Below are positions 39,955-51,776 of a stretch of 64,000 bases of DNA, one piece after another. A program made the position numbers and the translations under genes. The stretch comes from an uncultured Planctomycetota bacterium. Lineage in GTDB: Bacteria; Planctomycetota; Planctomycetia; Isosphaerales; Isosphaeraceae. The notes under the pieces were generated by a model. It did not search any database, had not been told where the DNA came from, and worked only from the letters and a program-made list of their open reading frames with translations. Positions within the stretch are counted from its first letter, which is position 1; each line of letters opens with the position of its first letter. The stretch spans positions 352,001-416,000 of the forward strand of contig CAWGMQ010000008.1 of the NCBI GenBank assembly GCA_963823665.1. The letters are read 5' to 3'.

Positions 39955-41765
39955 TCAGTCTTCTCGGTAGGGCTGCTTTTCGCGGTAGAGTTTGAGCCGC
40001 TCGTCGCCCTTCTTTTTGTCTTCGGCGTCGGAATAGAGTGCATTCGCCTTGAATTGCCACTTCACGGCCGCGTCGAATTCGCCTGCCTCAGCTTGGGCCG
40101 CGGCGAGTGTGCCGATGGAACAAGCTTCCGTGTATTGGGTCAGCTCGCATGCCTTGGTCGCTGACTCAAGCGCCTTTTTGGGATCGCGATACTTCGCATC
40201 CGGGCAGGTCGCCCAGAGCCATGCGTGGCCGCAGTAGGCAGAGGAGTTATCTGGATCAAGCCGGATGGCTACCTCGTAATCGACGATTGCTTTGTCGTAT
40301 TGCTTCTGGTAGCACCAAGCATCCGCACGATACACGTAAGCCAAGGAGTATTTAGGGTCGACGCGGATGGCTTCGCTGAAACCGGCGATTGCTTTGTCGT
40401 AGTCCTTCTTGTCGTACCAGACGTCGGCGCGGTACAGGTAAGCCCTTGCGTATTTGGGATCGAGGCGAATGGCTTCGTCAAAATCGGCGGTGGCCTGCGT
40501 GTAATCCCTCTTCACGTACCAGACTTCGCCACGGTGGCAGTAAGCGAGCGCATCGTTGGGATCAAGGCGGATGGCTTCGCTAAAATCGGGAATTGCCCGG
40601 GAGTAATCCTTCTTCGCGCACAAGCCTCGCCACGATTGAAATAAGCCCCGGCGAGGGCGGGATCGAGACGGATCGCGTTGTCGCAGTCGGCAATCGCCTT
40701 GAGGTAGTCTTTCTTGCGAAGCCAGCAGGCGCCGCGGTTGATGAAGGCGAGCGCCAACTGCGAATCGAGGCGGATCGCCTGGCTCAGGTCGGCAAGTGCG
40801 CGATCGAGGTCCCCTTTGTGCAAAAGTGCGGCGCCGCGGTTGTTGTAGTACATAGCGTGGTGCGGATCGAGCGGGATTGCCTCGTTGAAATCGGCAATCG
40901 CACGGTCGTAGTCTTTCTTCAAGAAGAAAGCGCCACCACGACCGCCGTACGCTTTTGCAAGCTTCGAATCGAGCTGAATCGCATTGGTAAAATCAGCGAT
41001 CGCGCGATCGTAATCCTTCATGCGATCGAATGTAATGCCACGGTTGAGGTAGGCTTTGGCGTACGTGGGCTTGAGCCTGATTGCCTCATTGTAATCGGCA
41101 ATCGCGCTCCGGTAGTCGTTCTTGCCCCACCATGCGAGGCCCCGGTCATAGTAGGCGACGGCGTCATTCGGCTCGAGCCGGAGGGCTTGGTTGAAATCGG
41201 CAATCGCCTTGTCGTATTCCTTTGCGTCGGACCAGAACAGGCCTCGATTGCAATAGAGGTAAGCTTTTGCCGGAGCGAGACGAATCGCTTGATCGTAGTC
41301 GCTCAGGGCGCGGTCGGTCTCGTGCATCATGTCGTGCCGGATGATCGCCCGCCCCGAATACGCAAAGCTATCGCCCGGATTGGACCGGATGCATTCGGTG
41401 AAGAACGCGTCGGCTTGGTCCATCGAGACAACGGAATCCGCGAGCGCCCATCCGCTTGGACCGCCTTCTTCGGGTTCCAGCCAGAGCCAATTGCCGTTGA
41501 CGTGCTGGACTCGATAGGCGGTTGAGACCATCGGGTGGAAGACCTGGTGCTCGATCTTCAAATGGAAGCCGCGGCGACTCGCCACGACTCGCTTGCCGAG
41601 CCAGCCGCCCGAAGGCTGAGCGGCGTGGGTTGGCGGTGGGCCGATGGTATTCAGAAGGAGGAGCGAGGGTAATAGAAATAGCGCCGGAAAGATGCGGAGC
41701 GCTCCGGCCCGAGTCCGTGCCGCGAGTTTGGATGATCTGCACGCCTGCGCGATACCGTATGGCAT
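39955..41765 (-). CDS. Secreted TPR-repeat protein (indel ~40620)
   Basis: Signal-like hydrophobic stretch, GWLGKRVV..WLWL domain, many AIADxxEAIRLDP repeats, ATCPDAKYRD C-terminus. Confidence 0.88.
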
Positions 41766-41974
41766 GGCTTGCCGCTCCCTCCGTGAGCTGTGGCGGCGCT
41801 CCCGCGGTTCGCGTTTTGTCGATGGGAACCGCGACAATTGGATCACTGGCGCGCGGCGTTGGTTGCGCACGGAACCATCGAGCGCATACCAATCCTATCG
41901 GCGGCGAGCGCGGGGATTCTTGAAAACTCACGACCAGGGCGCGACATGCTTCGGTTATCGAAAGGGCCGGGATC

Positions 41975-42020
41975 GGCTGAAGCCTGACGTACTCAATCGT
42001 CAGGCTGAAGCCTGACCTAC
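41975..42020 (-). repeat. GTAG-type REP family A (GTAGGTCAGGCTTCAGCCTGAC), tandem pair; also 47308-47330 and pair 47932-47984
   Basis: GTCAGGCT/AGCCTGAC palindrome, five copies, all intergenic. Confidence 0.85.
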
Positions 42021-42191
42021 TAGTCCGTCTATCGCTGGGTGGCTGGCTTTCCCTCGTCGTGGGGTTGTTGGTACTCGTCCAGGACCTCCTCCATACGGGC
42101 GACGAACCGGGGCCTGTCTTTCTCCGAGATGCAGAACCGCTCGATGCGCCAAGGCTGGAGCGCGTTTGCCTGACAAAGAGTCGTGGATGGA

Positions 42192-45067
42192 CTACGACTT
42201 TGGGTGGTCGATGCGATCGAGAAGCACCTTGAACTCGGCCTCGGAGAGAACCTGCGTGAAGTCGGGCTCGGCGCGGATCGGGGTGGGATCGCGGTAGCCG
42301 CCATCGACCGCGCGGGCCAGTGCATCGTGCGCGAGTGCTCGCGCGCGGCGACCTTCATCATCGTTAGCACGGGCGGCGCAGACCGCGAAACAGCGGGCGA
42401 GGGGAAGGAGGATGGGCGTTCGATCCGCGTTCGACTTGAGCAAGTCTTCGGCCTTTTTCAGTGCCTCGTCGCGACGACCTGAATGCGCCAGCGCAAGGGC
42501 GAATGCCGCTTGCATCGGCAAGTTGTGGGGCTCGAGCTGCGCGAGATCGGTGCGAATCTCGAGGGCATTACGCCAGAGTCGCTCTGCGTCCGCGGGCTTG
42601 CCGTGCTTGGATGTTAGCGCGGCCAGCAACTCGCTGTCGGCGGCGGTCACTTGTCGCTGGAACGTGTCTTCGGCGTCGTGAGCCAGCACTTCGCGTGCGT
42701 AGGCAAGCGATTGGTTCAGGGCGCTCTCCGCTTCGGCATCCTGGCCGCTTCGCGCCAGCATGGCGCCATATTCGCCTTGAATTGTGGCCAGGTCACCCCG
42801 GAACGGCATGTGCTGCGGGTGCTGGGTGATGAGCAAGGTGCAGATCTGGAGCGCCTGATCAAAGTGGCTGCGTGCGTCTGGCCAGTCGCCGAGCTGACTG
42901 CTGGCGACGCCCAGCCAGAGCTCGGCTTCCGATGCGTAGCTTTTTGCGTTCCCATTGCGGGGCTCGAGCTTGATCCAGGCGCGTCTCAGTTCGAGCGATT
43001 TCTGGAACCGCTCGCGCGCAAGTGACGCGTGGCCCAGGGCGAGCTCGGCGGTCCCCTGTTTGATCGCGATGCCGGAAAGGATTCGATCGTTGTCCGCAGC
43101 GGTGTAGTTGCCGCTCTTGGGGTGCAGCGAGATTTCTTCCTGGACCTTCCAGGCGCGGGCGAACTCGTCGCGAGCGCGGGCGGCATCGCCGGTTTGATCG
43201 AGAGCCGTCTCGCCCAGGCGGACCAGCATGACACCCAGGTTGGCGCGCGCCACGTCGTTGGTGGGCTGATCGTTCGCCACCCGAGCGATCCGGTCGTAGC
43301 CTTGTTGATATTCCCGGCGCGCGTCGTCGACTTGACCGAGCTTTCGAAGCATGTCACCCAATCGCTGATGAAGCGTTGCAAATGCGAACGGGCTGACTCC
43401 CTGGCCCTCGATCCGCTCGGCCAGGGGAACCATCTCTTTCTGGAGCATGGTCAAGAGGTCGGTGCGGAGGCGGAGCCATTCCGCCTCGGCGCGCGCGGGA
43501 TCGTGCTGGGCCTTGAGGCGGACCATCACCTGCTCGCCCAGGTGGATCATCTGCACGATGGCATCCTGAGCAATTCCCTTGGCGGCCGTTTCCTGGCTGC
43601 GGGCGCGGGCTTCGTTGGCGCTGGCCCGCTTGGCATTGGCAAGCGCCTCCTCGGCCTTTGAGTGGGCCTCTTGGGCGTTGTGCTGGGCGAGCGCCGCGTT
43701 ATTCCTGGCAGCACGGGCATTGGCGAGCGCATTGCGCTCATTGGTGAGCGCCAGCCGATAGAGAAACGTCGAGGTCGCCGCCCAGGCGAGGACCAGGAGC
43801 GCCACGACCGCGCTCAGGCCCGCGACCCAGGGATTGCGCCGGCACCAGCGCCAGAGCCATTCGGCGCTGCTCACGGGTCGGGCCAGAATCGCTTCGCCCG
43901 AGAGGAAGCGGCGGAGATCTTCCTCGAGTGCGTCTGCGGAGGCGTAGCGCCTGGCGGGATCCTTCTGCAAGCACTTCAGGCAAATTGTTTCGAGATCACG
44001 CGGTATCTTGGGCTGAAACTGCGAAGGCGGAATCGGCTCCTGGGTGCGCACTTGCAGAAGCGTGTCCAGGACCGACGCGGCGCGAAACGGCGGGCGCCCG
44101 GTCATGAGCTCGTATAGGATGCCGCCGAGCGCATAGATGTCTGTGGACGGGCCGATATCCTTGATTCTTCCCTCAGCCTGCTCGGGGGCCATGTAGCTGG
44201 GGGTGCCCAGGATCGAGCCGGACTGGGTTTGGCCGGCGTCGTCTTCGAGGCGCTTGACCAGGCCGAAATCGCTGACCTTGGGCTCACCGGATTCGGTCAG
44301 AAGGACATTCGCGGGCTTCAAGTCGCGATGCACGATGCCGCGCTCGTGGGCGTAATGCATGCCGCCGGCGAGCGTTTTGACCAGTTGTGCGGCGTCGCGC
44401 GGCGGGAACGGAGTGCCGGCTATCTTCCTGGCGAGGCTGCCGCCGGCGACATATTCCAGCGAGAAGAAAGGCTGGCCGTTGTCTTCGCCGACCTCGTAGA
44501 TCTGGACAATGTTGGGATGCTGCAAATCGGCAACGGCCATGGCCTCGCTGCGAAACCGCGCCAGGTCTTCCGGGGCGTGATGTCCCACGGCGCTGATCAT
44601 CTTGAGCGCGACGATTCGCTTGAGCCCGCGCTGACGGGCCTTGTAAACGACGCCCATTCCTCCCTGGCCCAGCACCTTGAGGATCTTGTAGCCGGCAACC
44701 TGGTCGAGGCGGGGTGGCGGCACGGCCGCGGCGGAGTCCGAGTCGGAGCTGGCATCGGATGGGTCGCGGGCTGGGAGCTGGAATGTCGCGGAGTCGGTGC
44801 TGTCGACGGGCGAGCTGACGGCAGAGCCTGCGAGCGTCGGGGCGAGTATTTCGCGCGGTGGCGCTCGGGATCGTCTGCCAACGTCGAGCCGGCTTCGTGG
44901 GGGGTGTGACGATGCGATTCGGGAGCGGGCTCCGGACTGATCGCGTGCGGGGCGCCTTCGACGCGTGTGGTGTTCATCGGGAACGTATCACGCGACGGTT
45001 CCTCGCCCGAGGCTCCGGACGGATTCTGATTGACCGTTTCCTGAGTGGGTCTGGGAGAATCATTCAT
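42192..45067 (-). CDS. Ser/Thr protein kinase with TM and TPR-like C-terminus (indels in N-terminal linker)
   Basis: LGQGGMGVVY, VALK, HRDLKPAN, DFG, GTPSYMAPE; start probably MNDSP at 45067. Confidence 0.92.
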
Positions 45068-45165
45068 GGGACTCAACGGAGTTCGACATTGCGAGTGGTC
45101 TCGTCGGCGGATGTGCTTGCCTTCAAAGATACCGCGTCTCTTGATTCCCTGCACTATTGATCAAG

Positions 45166-47082
45166 TCAGGGCTCGCGGTAGGGCTTCTTCTCTCTGAAGA
45201 GCTTGAGCTTCTCTTCGCCCTTCTGTTTGTCTTCGGCGTCGGTGTAAAGTGCATTCGCCTTGGTCTGCCATTCCACCGCCGCTTCGAAGTCGCCCGCCTC
45301 GGCGTGGGCTGCGGCGAGACTGCCGAGGGAGCAGCCATCCTTCCATTCCGTCAGCTCACAGGCTGTCGTCGCTGAATCAACAGCCATCTTGCCCATGCGG
45401 TAATTGGCGTCGGGGCAGGTGGCCTGGAGCCAGGCTCGGCCGCAGTAGGCGCTCGCGTATTTGGGATCGAGACGGATGGCTTCGGTGTAATCGGCCATCG
45501 CTTTGTCGGGTTGCTTCTTGGCGTCGCGGGCATCGCCACGCCAGACGTAGGCCTTCACGTACTTGGGGTCGAGACGGATGGCCTCGGTGTAATCGGGAAT
45601 TGCCTTGTCGTACTCTTTCTTGGCGTACCAGGCGTCTCCGCGGTAGCAGTAGGCCGAAGCGTACGCCGGATCGAGACGGATGGCCTCGGTGTAATCGGGA
45701 ATTGCCTTGTCGTACTCTCTCTTGGCGTACCACGCATCCCCGCGGTAGCAGTAGGCCAAAGCGTACGCCGGATCGAGACGGATGGCTTCGGTGTAATCGG
45801 CAATGGCCCGGTCGTAGTCTTTCTTTTCGTACCACGCGTTACCGCGGTTCTCATACGCGCGGGTGTAGTTCGGATCGAGACGAATCGCGTCGTTGTAATC
45901 GGCTATCGCTCGGTCGCGATCGTTCTTTTCGGACCATGCGCTACCGCGGTTACTGTGCGCAATCGCGTATTTCGGATTGATTCGGATCGCCTCGGAGTAA
46001 TCGGCAATCGCCCGGTCGTGATCCTTCTTGCCGTACCACGCGTTGCCGCGGTTATTGAAACGGCTGGCGCGGCTCGGATCGAGCCGGATCGCCTCGGAGT
46101 AATCGGCAATCGCCCGATCGTAGTCGTTCTTGCCGTACCACGCCTCGCCGCGATTGTTGTACGCAGCGCCGGCCGTCGGGTCGAGACGGATCGCTTCGTC
46201 GTAATCGGCGATAGCCCGGTTGAAATCCCTCTTGGCGATCCAGGCATTTCCGCGGTTGATGTACTGGCGTGCGTCCTTCCGGTCGAGCTGGATCGCCTCG
46301 TTGTAAGCGGCGATCGCCCGGTCATAGTCCTTCTTCGCGGACCAGGCATCACCTCGGGCGACGAACGAGGGAGCGTGCGTCGGATCGAGCCGGATCGCCT
46401 CGTTGTAATCGGCAATCGCCCGGTCATAGTCCTTCTTGCCGCACCATGCATTGCCGCGGTTGTGGTACGTTGCCGCGTCCTTCGTGCCAAGTTCGATCGC
46501 CACGCTGTAATCGGCAATCGCCCGGTCGTACTCCTTCTTGTCGGACCAGGCCAGGCCGCGATTGTAGAAGAGACACGCTCTCGCAGGGTCGAGCCGAACT
46601 GCTTCATTGTAATGGGCGAAGGCGCTTTCGAAGTCGTGTTGCTCCGCACGCAGAATGCTCGCTCGCATTGTGTATGAAAAAACGTCGCCTGGATTGGACC
46701 GGATGCAATCGCTGAAGAATGCGATGGCCGCGTCGAGGGGGACAACTCGATCGGCGAGCGCCCAACCGCTCAACTCCCGCTCCTCCGACTTGAGCCAGAG
46801 CCAGGGACCGTTCACCTGTTCGACCCGGTAGATCGCGATTTCATCCCTGCGATCGATTAGCTGGTTTTGGATCTTGAGTTCGAAGTGGGCGAGTTTCTGC
46901 ACGACCCGCTTGCCGATCCAGCCGTTATCGGGCCCGGCGGAGCGAGCGATTGGCGGGGCCGCCGAGATGAGCAACACAACGGCCGCCAGCAGGATTGGCC
47001 TGGCGAAGGAGCCGAAAGGCGCCGGGTTTCGCAACACATGGCAACCCGGCAATTCGTGGTCAGCCGCGATGTGCAACGTCAT
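45166..47082 (-). CDS. Secreted TPR-repeat protein, paralog of 39955-41765
   Basis: Same N- and C-terminal domains; near-identical 102-bp TPR duplication at ~45570-45790. Confidence 0.9.
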   Translation of the reverse strand: MTLHIAADHELPGCHVLRNPAPFGSFARPILLAAVVLLISAAPPIARSAGPDNGWIGKRVVQKLAHFELKIQNQLIDRRDEIAIYRVEQVNGPWLWLKSEERELSGWALADRVVPLDAAIAFFSDCIRSNPGDVFSYTMRASILRAEQHDFESAFAHYNEAVRLDPARACLFYNRGLAWSDKKEYDRAIADYSVAIELGTKDAATYHNRGNAWCGKKDYDRAIADYNEAIRLDPTHAPSFVARGDAWSAKKDYDRAIAAYNEAIQLDRKDARQYINRGNAWIAKRDFNRAIADYDEAIRLDPTAGAAYNNRGEAWYGKNDYDRAIADYSEAIRLDPSRASRFNNRGNAWYGKKDHDRAIADYSEAIRINPKYAIAHSNRGSAWSEKNDRDRAIADYNDAIRLDPNYTRAYENRGNAWYEKKDYDRAIADYTEAIRLDPAYALAYCYRGDAWYAKREYDKAIPDYTEAIRLDPAYASAYCYRGDAWYAKKEYDKAIPDYTEAIRLDPKYVKAYVWRGDARDAKKQPDKAMADYTEAIRLDPKYASAYCGRAWLQATCPDANYRMGKMAVDSATTACELTEWKDGCSLGSLAAAHAEAGDFEAAVEWQTKANALYTDAEDKQKGEEKLKLFREKKPYREP

Positions 47083-47336
47083 GGCTCACCGTTCCCTCCG
47101 TGTGCTGCGCCGGCATCTGCGCCCGTGTGCGCGGCAAATGCGGCCGCGACGATACGAGTGTCGAACCGGCGGGTCAAGAGCAACCGATGCGGTCGCGCAT
47201 CCAACAATATCGGCGGAAATGGGGAGGGATCTTCACGATGGCTCAATGCTCGACGGACCCATCGTTCGATTCGCCGACGACAGGATTGGGCTTGAGTCAC
47301 GAAAAATCGTCAGGCTGAAGCCTGACCTACGGGCGC

Positions 47337-47906
47337 TCACGAGATCGGATCGGGGGAATCGCCGGCGAGCAGCCGCTGGGGGACTTGTTTGAAGGAATAG
47401 GATTTTGACGATCGATCGAGGTCGAAAACCCAGACGATGTCAAAGCGATGGGCCGGCCAGGACTGCGGAACCGTGGTGCTGTTGCCCACGATCGCGTTGG
47501 CGATGGTCGGGATGTCTTCGTGCTGCCAACTGATGAGGGCGACTTCGCCGCAGGTCATGGCGTCCTCTGCGAGTTTGTCGATGGCGTTTTTCTTGTGCGT
47601 CTTGGGAGTCAAGCCGAGCTTGCTTGCGAGCGGGGTGATCGTCTCGACGGGCCGCTTGCTGCCGCCGCCGCTTTTCGACTCGGCGGCGAAGAGGAACGTT
47701 GGCGTTGCGAGCTGGGCGTCTTGCAAGGGGCCGCGCGAGGGGGCGAACAGGCAGGCGAGGGCACCGGCGCGCTGCCAGCCCTCGATGATCAGCGACTCTT
47801 CATCTTGAACCCCGTCGGCGGTGACGCCGAACGGCTGGCCGGAGGCCGGCGGTTTTTCCGCGTGGCGGATGATCATGATCTTGGTGGTTGTGGGCGATTG
47901 TGCCAT
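47337..47906 (-). CDS. Histidine-phosphatase superfamily-like protein
   Basis: IIRHAEKP, RP.ETI.P, SWQHE.IP. Confidence 0.75.
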   Translation of the reverse strand: MAQSPTTTKIMIIRHAEKPPASGQPFGVTADGVQDEESLIIEGWQRAGALACLFAPSRGPLQDAQLATPTFLFAAESKSGGGSKRPVETITPLASKLGLTPKTHKKNAIDKLAEDAMTCGEVALISWQHEDIPTIANAIVGNSTTVPQSWPAHRFDIVWVFDLDRSSKSYSFKQVPQRLLAGDSPDPIS

Positions 47907-47989
47907 GAGCAGGCTTCCTTGGGAGGGTGAACGTCAGGCTGAAGCCTGGCCTACTTCGGATGTCAGGCTGAAAGCCTGACGTACAGGGG

Positions 47990-50395
47990 TCAGGGTTTTA
48001 TGCCCAGGCGTTGCCTCAAGCGGATAAATTTGTCGTGGAGGACCGTTCCCCCCAGCTCAGGGCGGAGGATCGAGGTTGAGTCAATCAACTGGGCTGCTTC
48101 GCGGATCTTGCCGGTGTGGAAGTAGGCCAGAGCGAGCGCGTAGCGAGCGTCAAACCAGGGGAGGGAGCCGGGCGGGTTGTTCTTCATTCGCAGGCGCTCG
48201 ACGTCAATTGCGTGCGAGTGAATCTGGAGGCGGTTGTAGGTGTCGCCCAGCTCGCGCAACAAACGGTCGCTCGAGGTGAACGTATCGAGGTCTTTCCATG
48301 CCGAGAGGGAGAGGCGAGCCTCGCGATCGGCACCGGTGAAGAGCAGGGCCCTGGTCTCGCGGAACGCCAGCTCGCTGCGCTTCTCGGGCGGCATCTCCTC
48401 GTCGCTCTTGAGCACGGGCTCGACGAGCAGCCTGAGCACCAAGCCGAACCGGCGCGCGCCGCAGGTCGGATTCGGCGGTGGAAGCGCACTGGTCGAGCAG
48501 GCGGATCGCATCGAAGTAGACGTCGAGCTCGGTGGGGATTCTCCAGGAATGATGGCTCTGTGCTTCGCGCTCGGCTTCGATGTAGCGGCGCCAGCTCGAC
48601 CTGTGCGACCAGACGAAGCAGCCGGGCGCGGTAGAGCTGGACCGGGATGCTCGGCAACCGCGCGACCTGATCGCAGAGTTCGCGTGCGGTTTCCGGTGAG
48701 GCGGAGCCTGGAGAGAGGTCGAGCCGCGCTCGCGCGAGCAGCAGCTCGGCCTTTTCCGACTCGGTGCGCGCGCGCTTGTAGCTCTCGATGGCGAAATTCC
48801 GAGCGCGGGCCAGGATCTCGGCCACGCGCTTGCGATCGGGGCTGATGTCATCGATCGAGAGCTGATCGCGGTCGAGGGCGAGGATGGCCAGGCGGGATTC
48901 GAGCCAGTGTGGGGAGCGCGGGTCGATGGCGGACCAGAGCTTTTCGGCACGCTCGCGCTCGGCGCTTGCGATGGCCGCCTTGCCGAGCAGCCAGCGAGCT
49001 TCGTCGGTGGAAGAATCCTTGGGAAAATCGCGAATCTGCCGCTCGAGTGCAGCGATGTACGTGGCGGTCGAGGCACCCGGGAGATGCAGCGCGGCCGATC
49101 GACCGCGGGCCACGGCACGCAGCATGCCGGCCCGCGCGCGCGGGACTCCGGGCCTGGGGAATCGGCGACCTCAGAAAGCACCGAATCGGCTTCCGCGAAC
49201 TTGCCTGCCTGAAACAGAAAACCGCCGGCTTTGAGGCGAAAAGACGCCGCGGCGTCGGTTTGCCCGAGCGCCGCAGCACGGTTGGCGGCGAGCGTCATCT
49301 GGGACCCGGCAGTCGACGGGTCTCCTCGGGCGCTGTAGGCCGCGGCGAGCGTCTCCCAGACTTCAGGAGGATGGGCCGCGTCCGGGCTGAGCCTGCTTGC
49401 GGCCAGCTCGAGCAGGGCCGCTCGCGATTCGGGTGACGGTTTTTTTCGCAGCTCGCCCACGGCACGAAACAAGTCGGTCTCCGCGGCCATTCGAGCGGCC
49501 CCCGAGGGTAGGCCGGCAACCTCGGCCAGGCGAGTGCGCACGATCCAGAGCTCCTCGTGCGGGCGGATCGACGTGAGCCGTCTTCAGGAACTCGATGGCC
49601 TCGGGGTATTTCTTGCGGTCGAGCAAGAGCGGGAGCTTGACCTCGGCGACTTGGCTTGCGGGGGGGGCAGAGGGTGACTTGACGGCCGCGTTGAGCTGGG
49701 TTTCGGCCTCCTCGGGCTTGCCCAGGCGGCGGAGCAAGTCGGCCTTGAGCAGGAGCCAAAAGCCGGTGAGTGCCGAGGAATCGCCCGGGGTCTGGGCGAG
49801 CAAATCGACCGCTTCGGACTCGCGAGAGCGCCGGCCGGGAGAATCGACGGGCTCAAGGCTGGCGCGGTCGGCGAGCGATTCGGCCAGGCGGAAGCGAAGA
49901 TTCTCGGCCAGGGCCGGTTTATCGCCCAGCGGATCCCACTGCTCGAAAACGAGCGATCGCGTCATCGAGCGCGGCGATGGCCTCCTTGGGCGGCCGGGGA
50001 TCGTCGGGCGAAGCCTGGCCGGAGGAGATCCAGCTCTGCGCCTGGGCCCAGCGATAGACGCCGGCCTGAAAGCGCATTTCGCTGGCATGGGGCGGCTCGA
50101 CATTCTCGTTGAGAAATGTGTCGAAGAGCTCGATGGCCTGTGTCCAGCGAAGGCGCCGCTTCTCGGCGGAGGCGGCAGCCTGGGCGGCCCGGTCGAGCGT
50201 GGCGGCCATGTCGAGCAGCAAGTCTTCGCGGCGGGAGAGCTCGAGGAACTTGCCGGTGATCTGTTCGCGGACGGTGGACAGATGACGGTCGAGCTCGGCG
50301 TCCGAAACCGAGTCCTGCATGCTGGCGGCGGCGGGCGCGGCAGCGGCGGCGCACGCCGCGAGAACGATCAGCAAAGCCCACGTCTTAGTTGACAA
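47990..50395 (-). CDS. Large secreted TPR-like helical protein (multiple indels)
   Basis: ORFs 49919-50395, 49363-50103, 48204-49541, 48184-49125 and 47990-48511 tile one protein with a signal peptide. Confidence 0.6.
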
Positions 50396-51673
50396 GAACG
50401 GGAACCTCTTCGGGGACGGGCTCCTTGGCTGGGGGGTGGAAGAAAACCCATAGGATCGCCGTCGAGATCAGCCCGAGCACGAGGGGAACCGGAATAACAT
50501 CGGATAGTCGATGCTAATCTTACCGTCGACCTTTGTCGAGAACGCCGCCTCGAGTCCCTTCCAGAGGAAGCCGCCAACGAACGGCCCCAACCCCAGAATC
50601 AGCAGATTGAACAGGCTCTGGGCACTGGTGCGAACGTCTTTCGGGAAGTTCTCGTCGACGAAAATGTAAACCGTGGCGAAGAAGAATGCGTACGCAAAGC
50701 CATGCACGACATTGCTGAGAACGATCAACCCCAGCCAGAGCTGTCCGCCGTAGTAGCCACCCAGGGCGTAGATTCCGAACCGCACCACGTGGCCCAAGAC
50801 ACCGATGATCATGGTGGTGCGCCAGCCAAGTCGCTTCAGGAAGAAGCCAAGGGTCGCCATGGTCGCGATCTCGGCGATCTGTCCAATACTCATCGCCGCG
50901 GAGATCCACCGCTCGGGCAGGCCAAGTTTCTCATAAAAGGGGCCGCTCGTGATGAAATAACAGTTATGCACAAGCGAATCGATAAATGTCACGATGAAGA
51001 GCACGAGAATTGTGGGGACAGCGAGCAGGCGGAAGGCCTTGAACGGGGCAAACGCCGCGCCCTCGCTCTTGACCGGTGGCGTGCTGGGAAGCGTGAGGCA
51101 GTATGCGGCGGTGACGAGCGCCGCAACTCCCGCTACCGTGAACAAATTGTGAATAGGCAGGAGGATGAAGGGCCAGGCGGCTGCAATCCATCCCAGGGTT
51201 CCGCCGACACGAACGAGCCCGAACTCCTTCTGCGCGTCCTTGAGATTGGCGAACGCAATTGCATTTGTGACCGACAGCGTCGGCACGTAGAAGAAGCTGT
51301 AAAGCATCATCAGACCGAAAAAGAGCCAAAATGTCGATGCGAGGGCCGGCGCAGCTTCGAGACCGGGAGCGGCACCTGTCGCACCGGCTGAGATGCCGAC
51401 CGCGCTGAGTCCGAGCAACGAAAGCCCGCTCACCAGGAGGCTGAAGGCCAGGAATTTCTCTTGAGAAAAATAACGATCGGCAAGCTGGCCACCGAAGAAG
51501 ATCGCAGTCAGCGACATGATGGCGAACGCGTCGTTGACCAGGGCAGCCTGCAGCCAATCAAAGTTCAAGTACTTGGGGCCAAGATAGTTATTCAAAAGTG
51601 GGAACCACGCTCCCCAGATCAAATACTCCAGGAACATCATGACGATGAGCTTGTAGCGGATCACGGAGTTCAT
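50385..51673 (-). CDS. MFS transporter, nucleoside:H+ symporter (NupG/YegT-like); indel near 3' end
   Basis: MMFLEYLIWGAW, GQLADRYF, RVGGTLGWI, MSIGQIAE, RTSAQSLF. Confidence 0.88.
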
Positions 51674-51776
51674 CGCGGGGGACTCGCGGGCGAAGTTGCG
51701 GGAGGAAGAATCGAGCACACACACGAGCTGCCCGGTGTGCGGTCGAATTCCGAGTGCCGAAAACGCGGTTTCGACT

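Noticed and set aside
45166..46620. Regular ~102-bp repeats resembling a CRISPR array or a DGR template/variable pair
   Set aside because: They are in-frame 34-aa TPR units. There are no unique spacers, no cas genes, no reverse transcriptase and no adenine-specific variation.
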